Positions 26,691 to 35,947 of a stretch of DNA of 64,000 nt are shown one piece after another. Both the position numbers and the translations under genes were made by a program. The notes under the pieces were generated by a model. That model searched no databases. It was given only the letters and a program-made list of their open reading frames with translations, and was not told the origin of the DNA. Position 1 is the stretch's first letter; every line of letters begins with the position of its first letter. Source of the stretch: Rhodocyclaceae bacterium (GTDB taxonomy: Bacteria; Pseudomonadota; Gammaproteobacteria; Burkholderiales; Rhodocyclaceae); the NCBI GenBank assembly GCA_008080565.1, contig VIKE01000048.1, positions 15,911 through 79,910 on the forward strand, read 5' to 3'.

Positions 26691-28747
26691 TAGCTTGCTC
26701 TCTGGTTATCTTGAGTCGGCGGCAACAACCTGCCGATGATCTTGTTGGCGGCAAACAAGTTGTCTTCGAGAACCTGCCTGAAGGCCGCACATTGGGTTTG
26801 GGCGGTGTCAGGCATTGCCGCGATCCGCTCCAGCTTCGTTTCGCAGTTGGCCTTGATGGTCTTCCAGTATGGAAGATGTTTCGGCGTGGCAAAGTAGGTG
26901 TCGCAGTACAAGCAATGCGACGGGTCTGCGGCGTTCTTGATCTTGCATGACGGCCCCTTGGTGCAATACCCATGAGGGAGGCCGCGAATCGACTCGCTAT
27001 GCCGAGTTGCGAAGGCAACGACATCCTTCGCACTCTGGAAGTGCGCTTGGTGTTCAGCACCATAGACAATCTCATCCTGACCGCCATTCAGCCCCTTCAG
27101 GAGCTTGACCAGGCGTTCGCCGCCGCCACCGGCCACCTGGCCTTCGACCGAGGACTGAACAATGTCGTCAATGGATTTCTGATTGACGAACGTCTCGAAG
27201 AACTCGATACACTCTTTCAGTTCACTCAGCGATTTGTAACCACGCTCTCCATAGACAAGCGTCATTGCCCGGTTGAGGTGCTTGAACTGATACTTGATGT
27301 CGTCGATGTCACCAAGGCGATTGGCGATGATGAACCAGGCAAAGGTATGACGGAACTGATGGGGAGATAGGTTGAAGCAAACCCCCTCATCGTAGGGAAC
27401 GCCACGGCTGCCGCTATTGGCCGACACCGATTGGTAGTTGCACTCCATGCGCTCCAACTGCGCAATGTCAGCGCGAGTGACAGGTATTCTGTACTTGCGA
27501 AGCGACAGCATTACATTGACATCGCTTCCGGTGCCTGTCCAAATGAAAGCAGTGGTTGAGGCGGTCATGCGGATGCCGAATAACCGGCGATCCGACAGGC
27601 CAAGCTCTAATTCATGGCGATGTTCCGGTGTGAGACGGTCGCTCAGCTGCTCAAGAAAGAGCCTGGCACGCTCATAGAACAATTCGTTGATCCGACTAAG
27701 AAGCGAAATGGCCTCATAGGTCAATTCGTTTGCTACCCAGTCTAGCTCGATAGTGTTGTCATCAGTTTTGGACAGAATGCTCTTGACGAAAAATAGTGGC
27801 TCGCCGTTTTCCTTTCGCTTGCCAGCGCAGCCGGTCTCAAGCGCAAAAGCCTCGTTATCTCGCATGCCGGTGAAGGAAAGCACCAGCATATAGACATGGC
27901 GAGGGAGATCCTTGAAGTAGCGCCTGATCAATTTACTGAGGTTGGCGTGCGCTTCTCGTTGCCGCGATGGGATAACCATGCGAACAGTCTTTACTGGACT
28001 GCCAGGAATGGCTGTATTTGTCAGCCGCACCAGCGCTTCAAGCTCCTGAAGCCGGGCACCCGCTTCTTTGATATAGGCATCTGCTTCTGCGATCAGCGAC
28101 TTCATTACGCCAGTAGGGATGATCGGATGGCGCAAGCGGGCTTCCGCCTCGTGCTTGTCAATAGCGCCAAGCGTCAGATCGTCTAACAGATCACGGTAAT
28201 CGCTTCTGACGACAAGGCCGTAGTCTGCGACATGCTTGAGGGCATCTCGGAAAGTCTTGTAACCCGAGGAACACTCTTGAGCGCTCAAGCCGCCATGCTC
28301 CTCACCAGCAAGCATGAAACCAAGCATCAAAGTCCGGAGACGCAATAACTCCATCGTCTCGAAGTCACGGAATGAGTGAACTCCGCGTTTCAGGAGATAC
28401 CCTGCAAACCGGGTGAGGGTTCGGACTCGCTGGGAAACCGAGTTCCATTTGTAGGTAGTGCCGCCTTCCTGCAAGCCAAGGTGCAGCAAGGCGAGCATGA
28501 TTGACTTGATTTCGAAGTCGAACAGCGTGCTGCCGGAATCAATCACGACAGCTTTATTGACGTGTTGCGGCCTAAACTCCTTGTCGCCAAAACGAACAAC
28601 CGCCTGGATTGCTCTGCGATCCTGATACGCCCAGACCACCTTTGAGGCAAGCGTGGTTATTGCATCTTCGCCCAGTGGGAGCAACTGTACACGCCCATCA
28701 ACAAGGGCAATCTGGTCAAAAAGATCGGAGAGGTCGGTGGCGATCAT
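26690..28747 (-). CDS. large tyrosine recombinase (GinC/IntB-like)
   Basis: TGMRDNE, PHQFRHTF, FKHLNRAMTLVY catalytic set; C-terminal GYC..C..C..C. Confidence 0.9.
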   Translation of the reverse strand: MIATDLSDLFDQIALVDGRVQLLPLGEDAITTLASKVVWAYQDRRAIQAVVRFGDKEFRPQHVNKAVVIDSGSTLFDFEIKSIMLALLHLGLQEGGTTYKWNSVSQRVRTLTRFAGYLLKRGVHSFRDFETMELLRLRTLMLGFMLAGEEHGGLSAQECSSGYKTFRDALKHVADYGLVVRSDYRDLLDDLTLGAIDKHEAEARLRHPIIPTGVMKSLIAEADAYIKEAGARLQELEALVRLTNTAIPGSPVKTVRMVIPSRQREAHANLSKLIRRYFKDLPRHVYMLVLSFTGMRDNEAFALETGCAGKRKENGEPLFFVKSILSKTDDNTIELDWVANELTYEAISLLSRINELFYERARLFLEQLSDRLTPEHRHELELGLSDRRLFGIRMTASTTAFIWTGTGSDVNVMLSLRKYRIPVTRADIAQLERMECNYQSVSANSGSRGVPYDEGVCFNLSPHQFRHTFAWFIIANRLGDIDDIKYQFKHLNRAMTLVYGERGYKSLSELKECIEFFETFVNQKSIDDIVQSSVEGQVAGGGGERLVKLLKGLNGGQDEIVYGAEHQAHFQSAKDVVAFATRHSESIRGLPHGYCTKGPSCKIKNAADPSHCLYCDTYFATPKHLPYWKTIKANCETKLERIAAMPDTAQTQCAAFRQVLEDNLFAANKIIGRLLPPTQDNQRAS

Positions 28748-29022
28748 TCCTGGCCCAGCTTCCCGCTTCTACGGATAGAGAGTTTCATGGAGGGGTGCTG
28801 ATGCGTGAGCAACAAAAACAGTTCCCAGGTAGCCAAGGGAATTGCACGAGCATTCACATTCTCTGTGTCCGTCGTTTCGTATCCAGACCAAGTACGGTAT
28901 GGCTTCGTTTTAGCCGTGGAAACGAGTTCTGCTGCCTGAGCTTGTGTCAGTCCAGCATGCTCCCGCGCCATGCGAACCTCAGTCGGCGTAGGCTGAGTAA
29001 TGCGTTCAGAAATCGGTTTCAT
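28744..29022 (-). CDS. XRE/KorC-like HTH regulator
   Basis: PTPTEVRMAREHAGLTQAQAAELV...IPLATWELFLL; ATGA-coupled to the integrase. Confidence 0.8.
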   Translation of the reverse strand: MKPISERITQPTPTEVRMAREHAGLTQAQAAELVSTAKTKPYRTWSGYETTDTENVNARAIPLATWELFLLLTHQHPSMKLSIRRSGKLGQE

Positions 29023-29025
29023 CGA

Positions 29026-29940
29026 TCAGAAATTGCCATCGACGAACTTGATCTTTCCCATGCCGGAGACATCGGTATCGCGCTGCTGTGGGTTGCCTGC
29101 AATCTTGATCTTGCCAACGCCGGACACACGGGCCACGACGGACGCGGTGGCCGTCGCCTTGATGTTGCCCGCCCCTGAGACGCGCAAGCGCCCATTGGTG
29201 GCGGAAAGCAGGTAGGCGGCAATATCGCCCGCGCCGGACACGTCCGCTTCAAGGCGATTGACCTTGCCTGTGACCTCGATGGTGCCCGCGCCCGAAACGT
29301 CGAGACTCAATTCATCCTGGTCGATGTCACGATAGGTCACATTTCCTGCACCCGAGATACGCAGGCTGGACACGTTGGGCAGCGTCACTTCAACGCGGAA
29401 GCCGAGCGGGCCGGTGCGCTGCTCCATGACGTTTACATTGCCACGCACCGAGCCAAAGTTACGTCCAACGTGGATCGAGCCGCCCTCGAAGTAGTCGCGC
29501 CCGGCGATCTGGGTATTACCGTGACCGGTGATGATTTGCGTGATGCCGCGACCGCTGCTGACGATCATCATTGGCTCGTTATCCACCGTCAGGCAGTCGG
29601 CAGAAACCGTCGTGAGAATTTTCGGTAGATCGGTGGCGTCGTTGGCGAAAACTTCCATCTTCGGTTCCGTTCCTTGCCGAACCACTACATCCACGGCACC
29701 GCTCAGTTTGATCTTGCGGATATTGGCCGGGATGGCGCGGGTTTCGCTGCCTGGTGCAGAAGCCACAGGAGGCTCCTTGCCGACAAGGGCATCAATCCCG
29801 CTGCAAATCGCCGTAGCGAGCCGATCAGGCGGCAATTGATGCCCAGCTACTCCGACGTGCTGCGCAACCCGCTGGAGCGCCGCATGGTAATCGCTGATGC
29901 GCTGTTCCAGTTCCGCCGTTTTCTTACTTGTCCCGAACAT
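29026..29940 (-). CDS. GIN/DUF2807 beta-helix domain protein
   Basis: Repeated xSGAGxI units. Confidence 0.85.
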   Translation of the reverse strand: MFGTSKKTAELEQRISDYHAALQRVAQHVGVAGHQLPPDRLATAICSGIDALVGKEPPVASAPGSETRAIPANIRKIKLSGAVDVVVRQGTEPKMEVFANDATDLPKILTTVSADCLTVDNEPMMIVSSGRGITQIITGHGNTQIAGRDYFEGGSIHVGRNFGSVRGNVNVMEQRTGPLGFRVEVTLPNVSSLRISGAGNVTYRDIDQDELSLDVSGAGTIEVTGKVNRLEADVSGAGDIAAYLLSATNGRLRVSGAGNIKATATASVVARVSGVGKIKIAGNPQQRDTDVSGMGKIKFVDGNF

Positions 29941-30130
29941 CCGTTTGATCCTTAGTTTTCGCTGATTGGGGCACCGCAGAACAACTTCTGCATGTGCTGC
30001 ATCGCCGCCTCAGCCTGTTGTTCGCTGGTCAATCCTGTCACTTGAACAGAAACGCCCCAGCTACCATCCTCGTACTTCACGGGCTGCATCGAGAATGTCG
30101 GCATTGGGGCTTGCTGATGGAGCGTGCTCA

Positions 30131-30619
30131 TCACTTGGTCAGCCCGTCGAATTGACCGGACATGCCAGAGCCAGACGGGGCGATGATGCATTCGTTGTAG
30201 CTTGGGCCGACATCGAAGATCATGGGCACAGCGCCGGGTGTCTTGCTCAGCAGTGAATCGGCGAGAACAGACATCCCCTGGCCGGGATAGGAAAAACGCT
30301 TGGTTTGCGTCTCCCCCTGTTCGTCCTCGTACAGTGCGTTAACCTCGCCGATCTCCCGTAGCAGTGCTTCCACGCCTTCGGGGTTTTCCCGCTGAGCGAC
30401 ACGTACCGCACTCTCCCAGATGTCGACGCCCGTACCAGAATCAATACCACTGAACGAGATGCAGGTTTCAGCCTCCTCCTTCTGTTGCTCCAGCCAGCCT
30501 TTCGTATTGCAGGCAGGGCAAGGCAAGGAGTGGTCATTGGGGTCAAACCCGTCACAGTCGGCATCCCAGCAGTAGCCGTCACCCCGGCATTCAATGGTTC
30601 CATGTTGGAAATTACACAT
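30131..30619 (-). CDS. Cys-rich protein with TraC-like degenerate P-loop tail
   Basis: ECRGDGYCWDAD...CPAC; tail PGQGMSV..IFDVGPSY..IIAPSGSGMS. Confidence 0.6.
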   Translation of the reverse strand: MCNFQHGTIECRGDGYCWDADCDGFDPNDHSLPCPACNTKGWLEQQKEEAETCISFSGIDSGTGVDIWESAVRVAQRENPEGVEALLREIGEVNALYEDEQGETQTKRFSYPGQGMSVLADSLLSKTPGAVPMIFDVGPSYNECIIAPSGSGMSGQFDGLTK

Positions 30620-30636
30620 TGCTTTTCCTTTCCGAA

Positions 30637-31077
30637 TTACGAGAACATCTCGCCGGGTACGATTCCACCAGGGCGATGACTAAGGGCGTCCACTGGAGAG
30701 CCATACTCCGGCTCAACATAGATCACTGGAACAGAATACGAACGCAACATGCGCTCAACCTCTGAGACATCTTCAGACGAAATTACGCCGTCCTCGGCAA
30801 GTTGGGCAGCAAATCGGGCGGCATCAGCCTTGGCATGTTCAGCACTTCCGGTATAAGCCATACGGAACGAGGCTGGACGGGCCATCCGCAGCAATTTCTC
30901 TAATGCACCTACTTCCATGCCGCCCTTTGCTTCTCGCTCCTCATTGAGCTTGGCGATTATTTGCCGTAGTTCGCTAAGCTCAGCCCGGTATTTGGTTGCC
31001 AATTCACCATTCTGGATGGCTGTTTGCCGCCACTGATCAAGCTCTTGAGCCAAATCGTCGCTCTTTGCGTCTGTCAT
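30637..31077 (-). CDS. hypothetical protein
   Basis: 146 aa, coupled. Confidence 0.6.
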   Translation of the reverse strand: MTDAKSDDLAQELDQWRQTAIQNGELATKYRAELSELRQIIAKLNEEREAKGGMEVGALEKLLRMARPASFRMAYTGSAEHAKADAARFAAQLAEDGVISSEDVSEVERMLRSYSVPVIYVEPEYGSPVDALSHRPGGIVPGEMFS

Positions 31078-31391
31078 TTGCCTGTCTCCAGTCGCTGTTT
31101 TGAAGCCCGCAGAGCTTCATTGTCGTGGTTGTGTCGCATGTCATCCAATGTCCGCAATGCTCGACGCACCTCGCCGCGCATAAACTCCAACTGTTCCCAC
31201 GAACCTTCTGCTTCAACCGTACGCAACATGCCTTTCAGAACATGCTTCAGGTTATGAGGCCGCAAGGATTCGATCTCATACGATGCCCGAGCGCGTTCCA
31301 GGCGATAGATGCCGGAGGCGAAGAGAAAGATTGCCAAGAGCAATACCACCGTCAGTACATAGTTCATCGGAATTACAGTCCTTTTAATCAC
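31074..31391 (-). CDS. hypothetical membrane-anchored protein
   Basis: N-terminal TM, coupled. Confidence 0.6.
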   Translation of the reverse strand: MIKRTVIPMNYVLTVVLLLAIFLFASGIYRLERARASYEIESLRPHNLKHVLKGMLRTVEAEGSWEQLEFMRGEVRRALRTLDDMRHNHDNEALRASKQRLETGK

Positions 31392-31810
31392 TCGAAACAG
31401 TGCAGCAATGGCACCTTATAGGTTCGTTTCTCGGTTCCCGCGAGTTCCACGACATCGACCGCCGCAATGTTGCGTAGATCGCGTTCCAGGAGAGGATTGA
31501 TATAGCTGTTGTAGCGCACGTCCATACCCCAACTCGTTCGGGCGCAGCCGAGAAGAAACGGGTAGCCATCATCGTTGACGACCAGGAACAGCCCCAACTT
31601 GGTATCCGGCAGCGCTGCATGGGGGTACGACAGCGTGACCTCAAAACGAGGCGGCTCATCCAAAACAGCAAGGTTTGACTCGAAGCCAAGACGCTGTGCC
31701 TGCAATCGCTCGCAGTCAGTCAGCGAAACAGCACTTCCGCTGGAAGTGCGGGCTACACGCTCCATAGGCTTCGCTGCTGCGCTAATCGGGATTACTTTGC
31801 CGTCAGCCAT
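31388..31810 (-). CDS. hypothetical protein
   Basis: 140 aa, coupled. Confidence 0.6.
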   Translation of the reverse strand: MADGKVIPISAAAKPMERVARTSSGSAVSLTDCERLQAQRLGFESNLAVLDEPPRFEVTLSYPHAALPDTKLGLFLVVNDDGYPFLLGCARTSWGMDVRYNSYINPLLERDLRNIAAVDVVELAGTEKRTYKVPLLHCFE

Positions 31811-31816
31811 TAGCGA

Positions 31817-32134
31817 TCACAGCCGAACGGTTTTCCAGAGGAAAACGGACGTAAGCGCAAAGGCGAGCACGGCAAAGGCGGGTTTCACCATCACCGGCAG
31901 GAAGTACGCAGCAGCACTCCAAAGCGCGGCATTGAACAGCAGGCCGATGATGAGGACCGGCAAATACTCGCGGTTCACCACGTCGCGGGATTCGGCTCGC
32001 CGACGTTGTACCTCGGGATCGTTCGCCAACCGCGCCTCATGCTGCTCCACCTCGGCCAAGAGTGTGCCGTCATCGAAGGCGTGCGGGTCACCAGCGAGGA
32101 TGATCTTCTTGGCAATTCGCTGTCTCATGTTCAT
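31817..32134 (-). CDS. membrane protein, paralog of 22461-22778
   Basis: High amino-acid and nucleotide similarity. Confidence 0.75.
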   Translation of the reverse strand: MNMRQRIAKKIILAGDPHAFDDGTLLAEVEQHEARLANDPEVQRRRAESRDVVNREYLPVLIIGLLFNAALWSAAAYFLPVMVKPAFAVLAFALTSVFLWKTVRL

Positions 32135-32460
32135 TCTGACCCCTTGATATGCAGCCCCTGCGACTTCATCAACATCCTCAGAATGAAGAGAAAACACAGT
32201 CCGGCAACTATTGCGACGATGATCCATCCGACCAACGTTTCCAGCATCGCTTCACGGTTCGCGATCTCAATGTAGGACGAGGTTGCAAAGAACTGCTGTA
32301 CAACGAAATAGGTCACGGCGATGAACGTTACATAGCCAATCACGAACGTAATGACCTTGGTCGGCTTATGCCCGTTCTCGCCGGCCCAGCGTAGCGCACA
32401 AGCAACCGGAATAAGGAACGCGACAGCGTATTTCACCAGGTCGATTATTTCGGTACTCAC
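32131..32460 (-). CDS. membrane protein, paralog of 22775-23104
   Basis: WAGENGH...GWIIVAIVAGLC. Confidence 0.75.
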   Translation of the reverse strand: MSTEIIDLVKYAVAFLIPVACALRWAGENGHKPTKVITFVIGYVTFIAVTYFVVQQFFATSSYIEIANREAMLETLVGWIIVAIVAGLCFLFILRMLMKSQGLHIKGSE

Positions 32461-32474
32461 GATTGAACCCTTTC

Positions 32475-32663
32475 TTACTGTTGCTCCACGCTCTTGAAAT
32501 ACGATGCATCCCGCGAACCGGGCTGGTCAGGATATGCGTCATAGCGCAAGCAGGCCGAACAGCAGCCCCACAACGGATTTCCATGCTCGCAGTCACCGCT
32601 ATCCCCAGCGTTTGCTGGATGCGGTTTGATGGTTATGAGCGGTTCTTTTCTGGTTTCAGCCAT
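32475..32663 (-). CDS. small Cys/His protein, paralog of 22211-22456
   Basis: PHPANAG..CEHGNPLWGCCSACLRYDAYPD. Confidence 0.7.
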   Translation of the reverse strand: MAETRKEPLITIKPHPANAGDSGDCEHGNPLWGCCSACLRYDAYPDQPGSRDASYFKSVEQQ

Positions 32664-32688
32664 TTTGGCTCCTATGATTCATTGCCTT

Positions 32689-33303
32689 CTACCGGGCCTT
32701 GATCCATCCCGTTGATTCGCCCCGTAGCGCTCTTCGCCGTTCGTGACGCCTGTACCCGCGCATGTAGTCCTCGATCTCTTGGCTTCCCTTCGGCCAGATG
32801 TCGGAAACATCCACGTCTAGCTCGCAGGCCATACGGGCGATGCGGATCGGCGGCGTAGGGAACAAATCAGCCAGAATGCCCTCAACGACAGCGAAGACGA
32901 CGAAACCGGCAGCTAGGGCGCCCAGCATTCCGCCAAGCGTGGTCCATTCCAGCAGAACAATCACTCCCGCAGAAATTCCTGCTGCCCATGCGATCCGTTG
33001 CCGCAGCGCGTAAGGAAGCATGGGCGTAATCCTGGATTGCTCATCGGCGTAGCTCCGCACGTGCGCCCCGTCGATCTCCTGGCGCTTCTGCGCGAATTCC
33101 CAGAGGGTTTCGACCTCGACGCCCTGTTCCTCGCAAGCCTGTCGGGCCTGAATGAGGTTACGGCGTAGCTCGGCTATTTCCGCATCCGACACCTTTAAGC
33201 CGTCCCATCCATTGAGCGCAGCCAACAGGGTGTTCTCCGCCGCCCGAAAGCGCTCTTTTAGCGTTTGCTTCTGGCATTCACAGGGCTTGGCGTCTTCGAG
33301 CAT
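32689..33303 (-). CDS. hypothetical membrane protein
   Basis: 204 aa, two TM segments. Confidence 0.65.
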   Translation of the reverse strand: MLEDAKPCECQKQTLKERFRAAENTLLAALNGWDGLKVSDAEIAELRRNLIQARQACEEQGVEVETLWEFAQKRQEIDGAHVRSYADEQSRITPMLPYALRQRIAWAAGISAGVIVLLEWTTLGGMLGALAAGFVVFAVVEGILADLFPTPPIRIARMACELDVDVSDIWPKGSQEIEDYMRGYRRHERRRALRGESTGWIKAR

Positions 33304-33306
33304 GAG

Positions 33307-33624
33307 TCAGCTTTCCAGAAATTCAGTCAGCCGCTCATCCGGCGTACCGGGATACAACTGCTTGATGAATACAAAGGCGGCGCGGGCGGCATCATCGACG
33401 TTGGGGTAGAAAGTCGGCTTGGTGGCCACGTCCTCGCCGGACTGCACGACGCCTGAAAACTGGCTGTATTCTTCGCCGAATTCCTGCTGGACAAACCAGC
33501 GCCCATCTGCGCACTCGACCAACATTAAGCCTGAGCTTGGATATTCGAACTGGCCGGCTGCCGTCCGGTAACTGAAGTCGAAGTGATGGTGATCGACTGT
33601 GTTGTACTTCTCGTGAGTGCTCAT
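33307..33624 (-). CDS. hypothetical protein
   Basis: 105 aa, coupled. Confidence 0.6.
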   Translation of the reverse strand: MSTHEKYNTVDHHHFDFSYRTAAGQFEYPSSGLMLVECADGRWFVQQEFGEEYSQFSGVVQSGEDVATKPTFYPNVDDAARAAFVFIKQLYPGTPDERLTEFLES

Positions 33625-33845
33625 GGCGTCATCGCCGATTGCTGGTAGAGGCCCATCAAATCAAGTATGTCGTTCGCGTGGTTGCCATACAGCCTCGCCA
33701 TGGCACGCCCATGTTCGTCTCCGCCAAGACCGTTCGGATTCGATAGTTGATTGGACTGGAACGATACAACCGCTACTCGCACAGTCATTGCCTGCGCTTC
33801 TGTAAGCTGCACGCCGTTGATGATAATTTGAGGTTCGCAAGCCAT
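33621..33845 (-). CDS. hypothetical protein
   Basis: 74 aa with SD; INGVQLTEAQAMTVRVA. Confidence 0.6.
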   Translation of the reverse strand: MACEPQIIINGVQLTEAQAMTVRVAVVSFQSNQLSNPNGLGGDEHGRAMARLYGNHANDILDLMGLYQQSAMTP

Positions 33846-33860
33846 AGTGTTCCTTTCTGG

Positions 33861-34031
33861 CTATCCGGCAAAATGCTTGAAGATTGCGAAAACAAGGCCG
33901 ATTAACCCAACCACTACGGGTGCCCATGCGGCTGCTTTCCATGCACGAAGATCGCGCTCTTTCTGCCCCTCGATGACCGCCAGCGGAGGCTTGATGTTCA
34001 AGTTGTCTTTCTTTGGTAGGGTATCGGCCAT
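33861..34031 (-). CDS. 56-aa C-terminally anchored membrane protein (below cutoff)
   Basis: MADTLPKK...APVVVGLIGLVFAIFKHFAG by hand translation. Confidence 0.55.
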   Translation of the reverse strand: MADTLPKKDNLNIKPPLAVIEGQKERDLRAWKAAAWAPVVVGLIGLVFAIFKHFAG

Positions 34032-34051
34032 AACCATTCCTTTCCGTCGAC

Positions 34052-34507
34052 TCAGCGATTAAGGTCGGCAGCCATGAGCTTCGCAATAGCCGCTTTGGTT
34101 TCTGCACTAGCTGTTACTGGCAGGTGTACAACAAGCGGGCGAGCATTTTTCAGCACATCCACCAGTTCCACCTCTGGACTGTCCTGTACGTAAACTTCGA
34201 AGGAAAAATCAAAGCCATCCGGGTCACCGTGCCCCGCCCATTCGGCGTACACGGCCCGGCAGCGCAATTCGTCCCGGTAGAACCAAACGCGCTCGCCACC
34301 GTCTTGTCGGCGAAGCACAAGTGCGTGCCACTCTTCCTTACGTGGACGAAACAGGGTTTCAGCCGCATGCAGTCGAAGCACACCGGCAGCACACTGACGG
34401 AAGGCTCGGCGCGTTGTCACATACGGGGTATTCGTATCATCAAAACCAAGCCGGAAAAGTTTTCCAATAGACTGCTTCGGCTTTTCCCATACCTGTACGC
34501 TTTGCAT
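34052..34507 (-). CDS. hypothetical protein
   Basis: GGAGG SD before MQSVQ. Confidence 0.6.
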   Translation of the reverse strand: MQSVQVWEKPKQSIGKLFRLGFDDTNTPYVTTRRAFRQCAAGVLRLHAAETLFRPRKEEWHALVLRRQDGGERVWFYRDELRCRAVYAEWAGHGDPDGFDFSFEVYVQDSPEVELVDVLKNARPLVVHLPVTASAETKAAIAKLMAADLNR

Positions 34508-34521
34508 TTTCACCTCCACCG

Positions 34522-34899
34522 TCACTGCTGACTTTCTTGGCCAGGAATCGCTTCCAGCGCCGCTTTTACCTGCTGGCACAACTCCGGAAGGTTGCTGTGT
34601 ATCGTTTTCCAGACGATTTCGAAATCCACCTTGAAATACCCGTGGGCCACGGCGTTACGCATCTGGTAAGCAAACGCCAGTGGCAATTCCGGGTGGGCAG
34701 CGGCGAACTCGGGATAGTGCTTCTCGATGTTGTTGCTGGCTTCGCCGATGATCTCGAAGTTGCGGACCACGGCATCCTGGGCCATCTGGTTGTTCAGGAA
34801 CGCCAGTTCGTCCATGTCCTCGGTGTAGCGGTCGATGCGCTCAATGGCTTCAAGGATGTGCGCCAGGTAGTCCGGCAACCGTTGCAGATCGCGGCTCAT
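34522..34899 (-). CDS. hepT: HepT-like (DUF86/HEPN) RNase toxin
   Basis: DAVVRNFEIIGEA, MRNAVAHGYF (RxxxxH-Y). Confidence 0.9.
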   Translation of the reverse strand: MSRDLQRLPDYLAHILEAIERIDRYTEDMDELAFLNNQMAQDAVVRNFEIIGEASNNIEKHYPEFAAAHPELPLAFAYQMRNAVAHGYFKVDFEIVWKTIHSNLPELCQQVKAALEAIPGQESQQ

Positions 34900-35186
34900 A
34901 CCGGCACAGCCTCAGCCAACACGGCGGCGCGAAACTTCTCCGGCAATGCCTTCGGGGTTAGGACATCCACTGGCACGCCGAGCAGTTGCAACAGCTCGTG
35001 CCGAATCGCTCCGATGTCGAACAGGGTCGTTTCCGGCGTCGGGTCGATGAGGATATCCAAATCGCTATCCTCGGTGTCGTCACCATGGACGACCGATCCG
35101 AAAACACGGGCGTTACAGGCCCGGTGGGACTCAACCACACGGCGAATGTCTGCCCGATGGGCAGATAATGCTTGAGAAGGTTTCAT
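34896..35186 (-). CDS. mntA: MntA-like minimal nucleotidyltransferase antitoxin
   Basis: VFGSVVHGDDTEDSDLDIL; ATGA-coupled to HEPN gene. Confidence 0.9.
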   Translation of the reverse strand: MKPSQALSAHRADIRRVVESHRACNARVFGSVVHGDDTEDSDLDILIDPTPETTLFDIGAIRHELLQLLGVPVDVLTPKALPEKFRAAVLAEAVPV

Positions 35187-35225
35187 CGAATAGTCCGTTT
35201 GCAGGTTGTTATGCAACATGCGTCA

Positions 35226-35254
35226 AGTATATACGCAATGCGTTCATTTATCAA
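35226..35254 (-). promoter_or_regulatory. cargo promoter P2 TTGATA-N17-TATACT with palindromic operator
   Basis: ACGCATTGCGT in spacer; near copy of P1. Confidence 0.75.
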
Positions 35255-35303
35255 TTCGGTTGTGGCTTCGAAACAACGTAGAGTAAGTAACTAATGACTT
35301 GTA

Positions 35304-35729
35304 TCATTTCTCTTCCTTGTTCGCGGCAGCAGCCCTACGCCGCAATTCGATTTCACGATTGATTCTGGAACTGCCTAAGCCATCTTCCGGCAAAATACCG
35401 GTGCCGCAGTGAGGGCAGGCCGGGACCATGGTCCGGCTACGCCAGACACTTTCCACCTTGCGTGCAGCCAGCAAATGAGTTTCGGCTTCCTTGGCCTTGG
35501 CCAATGTCTCACGATCCCGTTGCAGCTTACTGAGTGCCCGGTTGTATTGGTCTGAAAGCATCTCCAACGCCCAGAAGGCTGACAACTGGACGCCACACTT
35601 CACGCATCGCACGATATCGCCACGAGCGTCGAGTTCGATATGCTTGTGATCACACTCGCCGGGTTCGACATACCGGTTCTTATGCTTGTGCTGGAGTTGC
35701 CATTCGCCGATATGAATGATGTCAGCCAT
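35304..35729 (-). CDS. Zn-ribbon hypothetical protein (phage-like)
   Basis: CDH..CVKC..CPHC. Confidence 0.65.
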   Translation of the reverse strand: MADIIHIGEWQLQHKHKNRYVEPGECDHKHIELDARGDIVRCVKCGVQLSAFWALEMLSDQYNRALSKLQRDRETLAKAKEAETHLLAARKVESVWRSRTMVPACPHCGTGILPEDGLGSSRINREIELRRRAAAANKEEK

Positions 35730-35947
35730 GGGGCTTCTCGCTCGTTGTCATCAAATTTCTCCGCTTAGGAGCTTGTCGCGCAGAGTTTCCGCTGCCTCAA
35801 AGCCGCTCATGCCATAGTTCTTCCAATACACCTTGGCCTTGGCAACGATGAAGTCTGGTGTGTCGGCATCCTGGGTGAAGCGGATGCGCCACTGCTGCAT
35901 GAACCCCTCCCAAAAGGTCTGGAAATCGCAGCATGGTCCGGTTGATC

